From Chlorokybus atmophyticus (taxonomy: Eukaryota; Plantae; Mesostigma and Chlorokybus algae): a DNA stretch of 64,000 bases. The DNA lies in the NCBI GenBank assembly GCA_009103225.1, contig RHPI01001132.1, positions 1-64,000 on the forward strand, in the 5' to 3' direction. The notes beneath the pieces are model-generated. The model was not told the origin of the DNA, did no database searches, and saw only the letters and a program-made list of their open reading frames with translations. The translations under genes and the position numbers were made by a program. Below, in pieces: positions 50,142 to 62,648 of the stretch (its first letter is position 1; every line of letters starts with the position of its first letter).

Positions 50142-52011
50142 CACAGCCAAGCGCAACCGCTAGCAGCACCCCAAGCACACAGGTCACCCAAGGAACGCCT
50201 CGCAGGCAACACCCCACACCTTCGCCACAGACACCACCAACAACAACGCCCGCAATGCCCTCAACAAAAACTGAGCGGAGCTTCTAACAAACCCAACCAC
50301 CTAATTGCCAAGGCTTGCACGCTAGCTCTCCTTCTCTCGGCAATGTGCCAAGTAAGGCAAACGCTGAACCAATTGGTCTATCCTGTACAAGGATGCCCTG
50401 ACCGCCACTGCCAACGCCACTGTCACCACCGCCGCCGCCGCCGCCGCCACTCCCAAACCTGCCGCCGCAATCTTGCCGCCCACGCTGACTGTACCGTCAA
50501 ACTAGCAGGCTATTATTGTTATCAACCGGCGCGGTCGCGATCTCTTTTATTAGGCACGAAACCCCTCCTTCATAAAGTACAAGTGTCCGAGGGGGGGTAC
50601 CCCCGCGCTTACATAAGTCCAGCTTTGCCTGAATAACATGTAATGGTGGGCTGTACGAGGGGGTTAGAGTGAGGCACCACATTGTGTCACGCGAAAATGC
50701 GCAGCTCCGACGCTTCATACAACGCGGCGGCGCTACGCAACCTAGGCTTTGCGCCCACAGGATAGAGTCCCCGATAGACCTGACACAGCCCGAGGTAGGA
50801 CCGTTGGCTTCTATTGACAAGATTGGCTCGGGCTCGCCACTCAGGGGGCCTCGTCGCCGTCGGATGCGTCTTCGTCGGCAGGGGAGCGCACCGGTCGTAT
50901 CGGTCGCCAGTACACTGTCAGTCATTGCAGAGTAGTGAAGGACTCCGTGGCTTGGGTGGGTGTCCGGCGGAAGTTTCGGACCGGCGCGTCAATCAGCTTT
51001 GTGATTGCGTCCGTTCTGGCGAGCGCGCCGAGGTGCGATTGGCCTGGGCGGCTCGATTGCTGACGTGGGTACCAACATCATGTACGGGTCTGTTGTCAGA
51101 ACGCTGCTGACATGCCTCTAGCTACGGAAGAGCAGGTCTTCAAGACTTGCAGCCCGACAGCTTCCGTTAGAATTTGACGTGCGTCGCGTCTCAGATTCCG
51201 AGTCGGAATGGCGCAAAGCAAGCCAAAAGTGCGTGGTTTCATCCTATCGGAAAACTTATTGGAACTTATTGGAAACTTTGGTGCGGTGTGGATGCCCTAT
51301 TTTCCGAACATGGTCCTCACGGTTTCCAAACATTCAAGGTGCGGAGAGGGGGCATGCCCTCACTGTGAGCTCTAGCGGTTATTCCAACATGATGACTGCT
51401 GAGTTAATCATCAACTTACCGAGTATGTATTACTCTTTATAACATCGCAGCTTCTCAGCAACTCTATGCATCAAACTCCAGTTGCAATTGGTGTTGCAAG
51501 TAATACATGTATGCGAAGTGTGTAATAAACATCTTGCAATAGTCGAGGTTCATTACACAGAGATAGATAAACGAATACAAGCTTAATGATGGAGCCGCAC
51601 ACCATATGTCAGCCGCTCACTGTGCACATGCACCTGAATTAAAGTGGCATGCAAGTTAATGTTATATCAAAGGTTGCACATGCACGAAGTTAAGCATCAA
51701 TCCTGGTGAGCCCAAGTTCAGTGAATGCGTTTTTAATGGACAAGCTCCAACTTGGGAGAACAAGGAGTTAAGTTATGAGATTTAACGAGTACTATAAAAT
51801 ACTTTTATTACACTTCATTCATTGGGTGAGACTTGTTACCAGATCAATACATGTAAGTGCTGTTTATGCGAATATAATAACAGTTGTGCAAAGCGTAACG
51901 TGTGACGATGTGTGATTAGCGTTGTACTCCATTATACTGGATGGCATAAGACATATTGTGCATTGTAGTGTGCTGTTATGTCAACCATGCCATATACAGA
52001 TCAGACATGTA

Positions 52012-52212
52012 ATGTATAATATCAACACATGTATAAATGTATGTGCAGTTTTAAACAAATTCATAAAGTGGTTCATTGTGTGTGTGTGTGTGTGTGTGTG
52101 TGTGATGTATAATATCAACACATGTATAAATGTATGTGCAGTTTTAAATAAATTCATAAAGTGGTTCATTGTGTGTGTGTGTGTGGGTGTGTGTGGGTGT
52201 GTGTGTGTGTGT
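52012..52212. repeat. ~93-bp tandem duplication, each unit ending in a (TG)n microsatellite
   Basis: ATGTATAATATCAACACATGTATAAATG...GTTCATT(GT)n at 52012 and 52105. Confidence 0.9.
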
Positions 52213-54603
52213 CACACATATAGCACACATAAGTTATGTGTGCTAAATAACCCCATTTATCCAATATGTGCTCATGTGCGACTTACATTGCAGCAATGTG
52301 ATCGTGCATTATGTTGGCGTATTTGTAGTGACGCAACCACGATCGCATCAATAATAAGGTTGTAACAAGTACTCCAATCTTATAAGTATATATAGCGCAT
52401 ATATATATATTGTTGTATAACATGCGCTGTGTCAATTGTTAAAAAACTTGCACATGTGAATGTGCGTTTACATTAATCCACAAAAAGGAATGATTTGCGC
52501 GCGCTCCGCGTTAAGCATGTAACTCTTATCTTTACCATTCGCTGCCACATCAACAAGGTCAATAAAAAAAATGCATTGAACATTAGGTACATTTCGCCAG
52601 AAAAATGTGAGAGAAGGTTTGTGTTTGTCTTCACTATTATTTATCTCAAAACGAACAGATTCTAGCCGTACTGTACAATTACAATACATTTATACACTTG
52701 CTTTAACGTAAGCATTAAACGCATGCATAGAAATTGTACTGCATGATGATTCGAAACTTGGCTCGCAAAATGAATATCGACTGTAGCTTTCGAACTGTAT
52801 AAGTTAATGGATACATTGCGTTCTTAGATACATTCCATCGCTATGAAACGCCACGTCACATGGCGGTCACGGCATTCTGGCTTGCATCATGGGCATATGC
52901 GCCTGCTGCAAATGTTACGGTCATTAACCATAATGATGTGATGTACATCAAACAGCACGAGAGCTTGGGAACTTGTGCTCCCCCTGAACACTAGGATGGC
53001 TACCGTACTATTTATAGTACTTGTACTATAAAAAGTACTGAAAATCTGAATTGGACTTAAATCGGACTTTCTTGGCCACTAGGTTACAAACTGGCTTGTA
53101 TTGATCTACAATCGTGCCATATAAAGTCAGAAGCGGAATGCGGAGGCCTACACGAGAAAATTAACGTTAAGATTTATGGTCTATGGTGTAGCACCCCCAG
53201 ATGTTAAAAGTCATATAAAAACTGCAGCACAGCATGATCCAGTGGGTTAATGATGAAAAAACTCATGCTATATCAAGTATATTATGGCTACCAACCTTGC
53301 AATAGCATTAATACATGCTAGCAAACACATGTTATACTCATTTGCGCACACATAACCACGTTTGGGATGTTGTTCAAATGCTAACACTGTGGCGCATTGC
53401 ATCCGCAGGCTGCATGTATCAGCTCGCTTGGAATCTTCACGCCATACTCATGTGCCGATTAGCCCAACGAGTAATTTCCAATGAATGTTTACGTCATAAA
53501 AATGCCTTCTCAAGAGGGCTCAATTGTTGGAGTCCATATTTATGGTAGCATGTTACCTAAGTTGCATTAAAACAGTAGTAAATGCAGTTTAATTTTCGGC
53601 AAGCACAACATTAGAGCACAGCCGGCATTACAGCTTGTCGCTTTATATAAATTCCGATGATGCCCAGCAAGGCTTGAAGAGGCACAAAGAAGATGCAACA
53701 TGAAATGAACGTTGCTATGCAGGTAACGCACAAGGCGTGATGCCATGAGTCATATTGTGACTCATGGGTGTGTTGTCGTACAATTGCTGGGCAATCATCA
53801 CAATGTTAGTCCTAATACTTGCAGCTTAGATGTTAAAACTCGTATTGTTAACAACAACACGATTTTAGCGGTTTGCATTCTGCAATACTTTGCATAACAC
53901 TTGCAGCTATGCAAATTTCTCTTTCATATGTGTTTGCATCTCATGCAAGTGTGGCGGATGGGGTGCAACAGTAATTGGTTAATATGTGTTAAACATAGCA
54001 TGTACTTTATGGAATGTACTGTATGGAAAAGGTGATCCACTTTATGGCGTCATTACCTAATAGAAGTGCATAGGCTTTGTGAAAAGGTGATCCACTTTAT
54101 GGCCGCGTGTGCTCAGGCTGCACAACAAGTGCAATTGTAACATTCAGGCACGGGAGGGGACGGCACTGAAAATTCCTGGGTGCCTATGCTTATGCCTATG
54201 GTACGAGTACTGCGTTGTTACCGGGTGCACATGACAATTCTTTTCAAGCGAGTTGATAGACATAACGTTTCACATTTAAGGGCAAAAGTGCATGTGGGGA
54301 ATTGAAATGACGAGGTGAAAGTTCGAATAATGGTATGCACTATACATCTTTAAATTTTTATGATACTATAATTACAATTATTTCGCCGCCCCCGTGTTTT
54401 CCCTCGTTTCCCACCAATAACTGCTTCCAAAAATGCATCGTGCAGGTTGTTGTTTTTCGGCATTTTAACATACGAAGAAAGCACCCTTTTTAATACTGAA
54501 GCAATTGAAGCGGCTGTAATGAGAATGTCATTACTTGTCATAAACGTGAATTTGGGCTTTTTGCATCTTTGAGATTTCACTCCCGTGTCTTTGGAGAAAA
54601 GAA

Positions 54604-54641
54604 ATGAGAAGTTGCAAGTCGCGCGACTTGCAACTTCTCAT
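54604..54641. repeat. Perfect 38-bp palindrome
   Basis: ATGAGAAGTTGCAAGTCGC|GCGACTTGCAACTTCTCAT, no loop and no mismatch. Confidence 0.95.
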
Positions 54642-55055
54642 CTCAAACTTTTTTATAATATTTAAGAAGCTGTGTTTGCTATGCACATGATAATGTCGGT
54701 TGATGAGAATGCCCGTCTACGGTCAATATGCCGCATGTGCATCTATCATTCTTGTGAAATAAAACTACATGTAGGAGGCGGAGATGATTCATGGTGATTA
54801 AAGAATTGCAGCGCTAGCAACGTTAATGTCATGTTTATGAGCTCCTTACCACACGTTTAATCGGCAAAAAAGTCAACAATGGCATTTCTCATAATGTTGC
54901 CTCCGCTAGTAAACAACATAGCGCAGAAAATGTAAGCCCAACATGACTTGTGGCCGATTTACTGCTTTAGCCATTGCACTTTGATAACGATATCAATGCT
55001 TTTTACGACCGTCTTCAAACATTAACACTGCTGTTATATTTGTCGCAATTAGCCG

Positions 55056-55124
55056 TTTAACATAATCGTTTAGGCACACCCCATGTTTAGCAAACATCGG
55101 GTGTGCCTAAACGGTTATGTTAAA
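55056..55124. repeat. 69-nt near-perfect inverted repeat (hairpin)
   Basis: Arms 55056-55081 and 55099-55124 pair over 26 bp with one T-G; then a C/C mismatch, a 6-bp inner stem and a 3-nt loop. Confidence 0.92.
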
Positions 55125-55521
55125 AGTCTATAAAGCATGTAACAGTTATTGTATGCAGATTGTCCATATGAAGAATCATGTCACCAGCCTTGTAAGATGT
55201 GAGGTTGTTATTAAAGATTTGTTACCTAAGGTAACAAGTAGTTGTTAGCCTTAATAATTGCTTGAAGTGTGTTGCTAGCAATTGCATTATGCTCCAATGT
55301 TATTTCATAAATTACAAAAGTCATGAGCTCCTAAACGGTGCTTTATTGTTAATTATGACGCCACAGTATTGGTAGTATAATAGCATCTTTGATGTCATAC
55401 AAAATCAATTATGTTCACATTATCTACATTAAATGTAACAACGGCTTTGATGTTTACCGTATTCACCCATGTAGTAGATCTCTTTCTGACATCGGCCCCC
55501 CGTCCTTTTTGGTCGCGCGCG

Positions 55522-55650
55522 NNNNNNNNNNNNNNNNNNNNNNNNNNNNNNNNNNNNNNNNNNNNNNNNNNNNNNNNNNNNNNNNNNNNNNNNNNNNNNN
55601 NNNNNNNNNNNNNNNNNNNNNNNNNNNNNNNNNNNNNNNNNNNNNNNNNN
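55522..55650. other. Assembly gap (N run)
   Basis: 129 N. Confidence 0.97.
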
Positions 55651-57007
55651 GGCTTGTAGTAAAGTCTAGTTTTGCCCGTAAACACAGTTATTTACACAAG
55701 CCCCCCACCCTGATTTGCCAAGGGGGCTTTTATACAGTATGGTATATGTTATAGACGTATGCATGTCAGTTTCAATTACAGCAAATTGTCATTCGAGCAC
55801 GATCATTATGATATCTGCGCTATTAATCAAAACATACAGTTTCACAATGCAAGCTTACCTTTCACTTTCAAAACAAGACTTGGTCATGTTTGCACCAGGA
55901 GAAAGTTGCACAACTAGGCTGTGAAAACCGTTAAACGCCAAAAGGCTGCCCGTATAGTAGTTCACTTCCATGACTTCCATCCTAGCAGTCATGAAGTGAG
56001 TCCCGCGATAGGAACCATGCTATCTCTTCAGCCACACGATTTTGGTCTGGAGCTCGACATCGCCGCGGCCTTTCGTCAATAGGCGCCCTAGCCTAGATAT
56101 CTGGCAGGCAGCGTGAGCACTCAACGCATAGCAAACTACACTACGCTGAAATGCACAGTGTGTTGCCGCCGCCGACAACGCCGCGGACGGCCACGGCGAG
56201 GCTGGGAAGAGGCGGAAGTTTAGCACAGAGGTGGCGGCGAGGCTGACTGGGCACCATTTACCGCCAAGCTGGGCGGCGATAACGGCTGCAGCGGTGGTGT
56301 CCGCACTGGGTGTGCTTGCTGCTGATTGACGTCCGCAGAGCCGCCGCCGCCGCCGCCGCCGCCGCCGCTGCCTGAAGGTGTGTTGAGTACAATTGATCAT
56401 CAGTGCTCGTGGTGGCAAGTCTTGCGCCACGCATTGCACAATATGCGCTGCTCTAGGGAAATGGGTTCTATAGCCCAAACATTGTGTGTGAGTCATGGTG
56501 CAGTGGGTTGTGAGAGAGCGAATGCACTGTGCAGGCCCTGGTGGGCAATGTGTTGGCAAACGTGTTATACCTGTTGTCGTGTGGCCACATGCTTTGTTCT
56601 TGCAACTGCGGCCGAGGAGGGAATAACCAATTGCAGAAAGCTGGGGGTTGGCAAGTGTCAGCATCCCTTTGCAAGTTACATTACTTTGCAAGAAGTGCAC
56701 ATGGTGACTTAGAATTCGCCTTTAACAGCCACCATTACGGCAATTAGACATCAGCTTGAGTTCAATCAAACCCTAATTTGCATATCCATACTACCAAACA
56801 TTGTCGTTTGAATTTTGCTAGAGATTTATCACTTGCCGTGCCAGTGCGTGAAACATGGCGTGACATTTGTTATTTAGACGGAAGTTTGCAATTGTTTGCA
56901 TGTGCAGTTGTATACAGCTGGTGTGTAGGGTCATTAGTTCATCGCGCAAGTGGTAACAGTACGCTAATCGTCAGCAACACTGATTAGAATTGCGCCCTGT
57001 GCAGGTG

Positions 57008-58928
57008 ATGGAAGTGGGGCGGCTGGGCGAGGCGGATGAGAATTTCGTATATTTGGTAGGCGAGGACGGCGAGGAGGACCACATCAACCACAGGCGGGAC
57101 GATAGTCACAGCAGGGGCGCTCCAGCTTCATCTTCTAGCAATCATACTCACAACTTGCTGACATCCCCATCGTTGCGTGCATTTGAGCTCCAGTGGGCTC
57201 ATCTATCAGACAAAGGGCTGCTCGACTACCGCAAGTACTTTGCTGCGCCGCCTCCCAGACCCCTGCGTTCAGCCTCCCCGCAAGCAGAAACAGGTGTGGA
57301 TGAACACTTTACTCGACTCGCTTGTGTGCTGCCTGAGCAAAATAGAATATTTCTGCTTGACATCAAGTTGAGACTCTATTGGGTTGTGCATTGCGTGCTT
57401 TTCAGGCAGTTTGGAGAACATAGCCGAGTTGTATGCAACCTACAAGCAATTACACGAAACCGCGAGTGAGCGCGAGTTCCTAGAGCGCCAGGTGAGAAGC
57501 TCATGAGAATGTCGGGTTTGGGAGTGTGCACTTGTTGCTGTCCATGTGCATACGCAAGGTTTGTGTGCACAGTTTCACGCGCAACGAGAGGGCGTGCGCA
57601 AGCTGCAGCTGGACTTGGAGGTGTTGCGACGGCAACACAATGATGCTGTGGCACGGTCGCTGGCGTGCGCAGAGGTCAGGCGCACGCAGCCCCCTCCTCG
57701 CCCTCCACGCCGTCAAAAGTCTTCCCCGGCGTGCTTCTTCTCGTGCGCCCGTCAAGCCGCCTTTGACGCCAACGAGGAGGGCGACCTCGGTGTGCATCAC
57801 AACACCACCGAGGAGGACGTGAACGCTGCCGCGGCGACCATGGCGCAGCTCGCGCAGGTGTCCAAAGCCGCCGAGATGAAGAGTCTGATACCCGAACGCA
57901 AGCTGCGTGACACCGAAGCGCGCCTGCGCAAGTGTCTCGAAGCCGAGGCGGGTAAAGCTGCTGTGGCTGCACGCATAGCCGCGGCGTGCTTGAAGCCCGG
58001 CGACGAGGAACCTCGCGCCGTGGCCATGACCAGGCGCAGGTTGGAACTGCTTCATTCTCGGCAAGCTTCCGTCCATGCCGCTAAAAGCTCCCAAGGCAAG
58101 GCGTACCACCACTTGTCGCTCGCGCTGCAGATGCTGCGCGTCGCGCTCAGCAACCTCCACGAGGCTGTTGCGGCCTGGCATGAGGACGATAGTAGCACCA
58201 GCAATGAGTATGGGTCCCTGGCGACCATGCAGCTGCGACACCGACTGCACGCATCAAGGCTGTACTGGGGCAAAGCAAAGCAGGAGGTCGCCGCCGCACG
58301 CACACTCACCGCAGCGTTGCCGCCCCATCTGCACAGACCCATCGCGCCCACGCTGGACACAGCCTTAGCCCTGCCTTCACAAGATATACCCCCAAAGTAA
58401 GGCCCTGCTGTGTTGTGACAATGACGCAGGTTTCTGTATGCACACAGCCAGTAGGATGGTTGCTGTCTATGAGTATTACATCTTACATTGGTTGACAGGG
58501 CTGCTGTGGAAGCAACTGCAAGGGATGTAGAGACAGCCTACAATGAGGTGGTCGACGCGCATGCGTGGCAGGGGCAGCTCATGCGTGACATCATGCACGA
58601 TTGGTCGCAAGGCACAAAGCTGGTCGACAAGTCTGCCAAGCACTTCATCAAGGTGTGCGCGCGGCTCGTGAGGGACCTTAACGACAGTGATGACGAGAAT
58701 GGCATATTCGACGACCTGGACAACGACTCTGTGTCTAGCAACAACAACCATAAGAGTGGTCTTCCTGCTGAAGATGTGTCACGCGCACCCCTCGCACAAG
58801 AAAACCCCAACACTGTGAAGTTGACTTTGCCACCTCGACCTCCACCCTTGCAGCGAGCAGATTCGGGTGTTGCGACAACAATAGCAAGAGCGCTCAAGTT
58901 CTCACCACGAGAGGTGCTAGAAGAATAA
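57008..58928 (+). CDS. Hypothetical helical/coiled-coil protein, 4 or more exons
   Basis: GC-rich open exons joined by GT-AG introns (for example AA|GTAAGG...ACAG|G keeps the frame); no family recognised; start uncertain. Confidence 0.6.
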
Positions 58929-59301
58929 GCAGATGTTTTTGGCACCATCCGAGCGCGGATGAGGCTGTTGTGGGGGCCAGCAGTGCTTGGTTGGTGGCTG
59001 TATAGCTGCAACGCCTGCACTAGTGCTAGGCATAGGTGCATACAGTGTGAGGCAGTTGAGTTGGGTGCACCTGTTATTACTGCTGCATAAACTAGCAATA
59101 TATGGTACACAGTGCACACAATTTTTGTACAATTGTGCTGTGCTTTTATGTCCAACACAGTTGGACAATCCATGCCAAGGAAGCAATGCCATATCAGTGT
59201 ATGTACAACTGGACTGTGCTGTGCTTCTCTGTCCAACACAGTTGGACGATCCGCACCAAGGCAGCAATGGCACACACCAAGTGCCGTGACGATTTTGGTG
59301 G

Positions 59302-62300
59302 TCATGTAATTGTATAAGCAGGTCCGCCTCCACCTTCAGGTGGCACCCACTTAATGTTCTGAGTGGGGTCCTTGATGTCACACGCCTTGCAGTGCAAGCA
59401 GTTCTGCGCATTGATCACAAGCTTCACATGCTCTTTGCCTTCCTCAGCATCAACCCGTACTTCATACTCATAAACCTGCACCGCATTTATTAATCAATCT
59501 CACATGTTGGCGAGTGGACTTGACACTCAGGCAAACGTGAATCAATTCACAAGTGGATTTGCCTTGGCTGGGCAGTAGCGCATTTCCGGCGCAGCAAACA
59601 CTGGATAATTGACGCGTGATGGAACGGTGGGGTCCCGCAGCTTCAGGTGGGGAGGCTGATCATGATCATGGTTGGTGCCACTCCTGTTATCACCACGTCA
59701 AGAAGGTAACATCTCATTGAATGAATCATTTACATCCAGCAGGTACATATAGTTGAACGCAAGTAGCAGGCACACCTGTACAGGGAGGTGGGTACATCGA
59801 ATGTGATCTTATTGTCGGGCTTAGGGTAAACAATGGGTGTGTGCTTGTCAGCAGGCTCTGTGGCAAGATGGTCCGGGACAGCGTGCTTCAAGGTCCAGGG
59901 TGCATTCCCTCTAAACAAGTACCTGCATGGGTTATGAAGTCAGATTCACGATGTCACAACAGGCTCCTCTACACCGCACGCACGCATGCACGCGACAACT
60001 CACACCAACACCCACACGCACGCGCACATGCGAGCACCATCAATACCACCACATACGTGTCGATTGCGGCGTTTGCGAGCCCCGCCCACAGCCCGTGCTT
60101 AAACCCTGGCCGCACATTGCGGACAGAACGAAGCTCTTCCCACACCCAAGAGGAGCGGACGCTCTCCTCATAATTATGCAACGACACAACATCTTGGCTC
60201 TCTTCCAAAGATGAGAGGGCCTCATATGCGGCTTCGGCCGCCAGCATACCCGTCTTCATGGCCAGGTGAGTGCCTTTTATCTTCGGCACATTCAAGAAAC
60301 CCGCGGAACACCCGATCAACGCCCCGCCTGGAAACACCAACTTGGGCACCTACTAAACAACACCATGCCGTCACAACAACAACAATCTCGACAACGACGA
60401 CAACAGCCATAACCATGGCCACGACAACCACCACCACAACAACATCCACAACAACCATGATATACATACCGATTGCATGCCTCCTTCGTTGAGAGTGCGA
60501 GCCCCATACTGCAGGCACGTCCCGCCTTCAAGCACTTGCCGAATGTAAGGGTGTGTTTTCCACCGCTGGAACTCTTCAAACGGGGACAAGTAGGGATTGC
60601 GGTAGTCCAACGCAACAACATAACCCAACGACACGCGCGAGCGATCCCAATGATAAAGCCACGAGCCGCCATATGTGCCGTAGTCCAGCGGCCACCCGAC
60701 AGTGTGGACCACACGGCCCTCATCGTGGACGTGCGCAGGAACCTCCCACACCTCCTTGATGCCGAGGGCGTACGTTTGGTGGTCGGCGATGGAGCGAAGG
60801 TGGAAGTTCTTGATGATGTCTTCGGTGAGAGAGCCACGGGTGCCTTCCGCGAGGAGAGTTGCACGCGCGCGCAGCTCCACACCCCGCGTGTATGTTGGCT
60901 TCTGCTCGCCACCGCGTCCAACACCCACATCGCCCGTCGCTATGCCCACAACCTCGCCCTTGTCCCCATACAACACCTGCAGATGTGCTTGGGCAAGTGA
61001 GACACACCGACACACGCAAATGCACACGCACAACGGTGTAGATACACGTGGATAGACATGTGCCTGTGTGGCGGGCGTACGTATGTGTACATTCCGATGC
61101 CTACGCGCGCGCATGTGTGTGCGTGATGACCATTGCATTAATCAACAGCAACTACCGTCTCACCATCTCACACACTCAACAGATACTGACTCGATCCTGC
61201 TTCAGCCTACCTCAGTGGCGCCGAAGCCCGGGAAGATGTCGACGCCCTCCTCCTCGGCGTGTCGCGCGAGCCACGCGACGACCTCCGAGAGGCTGATGAC
61301 GTAGTTGCCGTGGTTGCGCATCTGCGGGGGAGTCGGAAGCCGCACCGCGCGGGACTGAGTCAGGAAGTAGAAGGCGTCGCTCTTCACGGGGACACGTATC
61401 GGTGCCTGTGAGTGTGGGTGTTACCATAATGCGTGTGTGCATGCATGTGAGAACCTGGCCATGTGTGTTCACTTGCGTTTACGTTGGTGTGCATGTGTGC
61501 ACCCGCGCATGCAAGCGTGCGTGTGCGTTTGCACGCATGTGCATGTGCATGCGTGTGCAAGCGCGTACGCGTGTCTGTGCTCGTGTGCATGCGTGTGGTG
61601 TGCGTTACACTCTTGTCACGCACTTCAAAACAGATTGTTGTGTACATGTGCACAAGCGTACGGGATTACCCCTCGGGACTTCCAGTCAGGAAGGAGTTCG
61701 TCAAGGGCGCGCGTCTCCAGAACGTTGCCAGAAAGTATGTGATTGCCTGCCGTACATTGCACGCATGTTGGTAGTGCACTTTGTACAAGGTATTGTTGAC
61801 CGCAATGTCATGCATCATGTAGCAACAGTAGTGAGAAAGCAGCCAAGCATGCCATGCCTTCCGAGTTTCATAAAAAGAACAGATTGCCTGGGCAAGGTGT
61901 CGTTATTCTGAAGATACATACTGTATGCAAGCTTGGAGTGGATAACAAATTATGCAACAAACTGCATGATGCCCCTCCACCAACACAAACTGGTTCAATA
62001 AGTACACAAACACCCCAGTACAGTGTCGTTGTCTGCTTGTGGTTGCGACAACCTGTTATCTTCGGATCAACAGTGTCAAGTCAATCTCAACTCTCAACAA
62101 AAGTATGCCAAGAACTCTGTTGACAGCAATAAGCACCATATACAGCATGAACAAAGTTACTTGTCTGCATGTTATTCATGGGAGCTTTGTCCTGTTGGTG
62201 CAACCTATAGCATGATATCTATCTCAAGTACATACTGCTTGCATAATTCAAAACAAGTCATTAGCTTATCAAGAGCGCAATGCACCACAAAAAGCAACAA

Positions 62301-62648
62301 CTGCGACGTGATATGAAGGTAGTATAAGTGAGTAGGAAGGTACTATGGTGATGGTTGCTGTGCTTGGCGCATGCCTGCGGCGGCGGCTTTCTCCACGACA
62401 GCGACTGAGACGTCTCTGCCGCGCTGCTTGGCGAGCTGCCGCAGCCGGATGGCGGCCGCCAGCCCCGCCGGCCCCGCACCAACCACCACCACGTCGAACT
62501 CCATCGCCTCCCTCGGTGCCGCCTTCGACGACGACGACGCCGAGGAAGCGGAGGAGGAGAAGCAGGGCAAAGAAGAGCAGGTGCAGGTGAGAACCTGGCG
62601 CTGCAGCAATGGCCAGGACGCCGTCATCCGCCGCGCCAACGCCGCCAT
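59302..62648 (-). CDS. ETFQO: Electron transfer flavoprotein-ubiquinone oxidoreductase, mitochondrial
   Basis: Presequence; FAD motif [17 protein letters not shown]; GFKHGL; [28 protein letters not shown]; 4Fe-4S C-terminus [17 protein letters not shown]...PEGGGGPAY. Confidence 0.96.

Noticed and set aside
50669-50935. 88-aa ORF with an Arg-rich stretch, near a 12-bp GGGGGTACCCCC palindrome
   Set aside because: No downstream exons or domain found; insufficient support.
54026-54103. 23-bp direct repeat pair (GAAAAGGTGATCCACTTTATGGC) with a 32-bp spacer, CRISPR-like geometry
   Set aside because: Only two repeats, no cas genes, eukaryotic context; best read as a local duplication.
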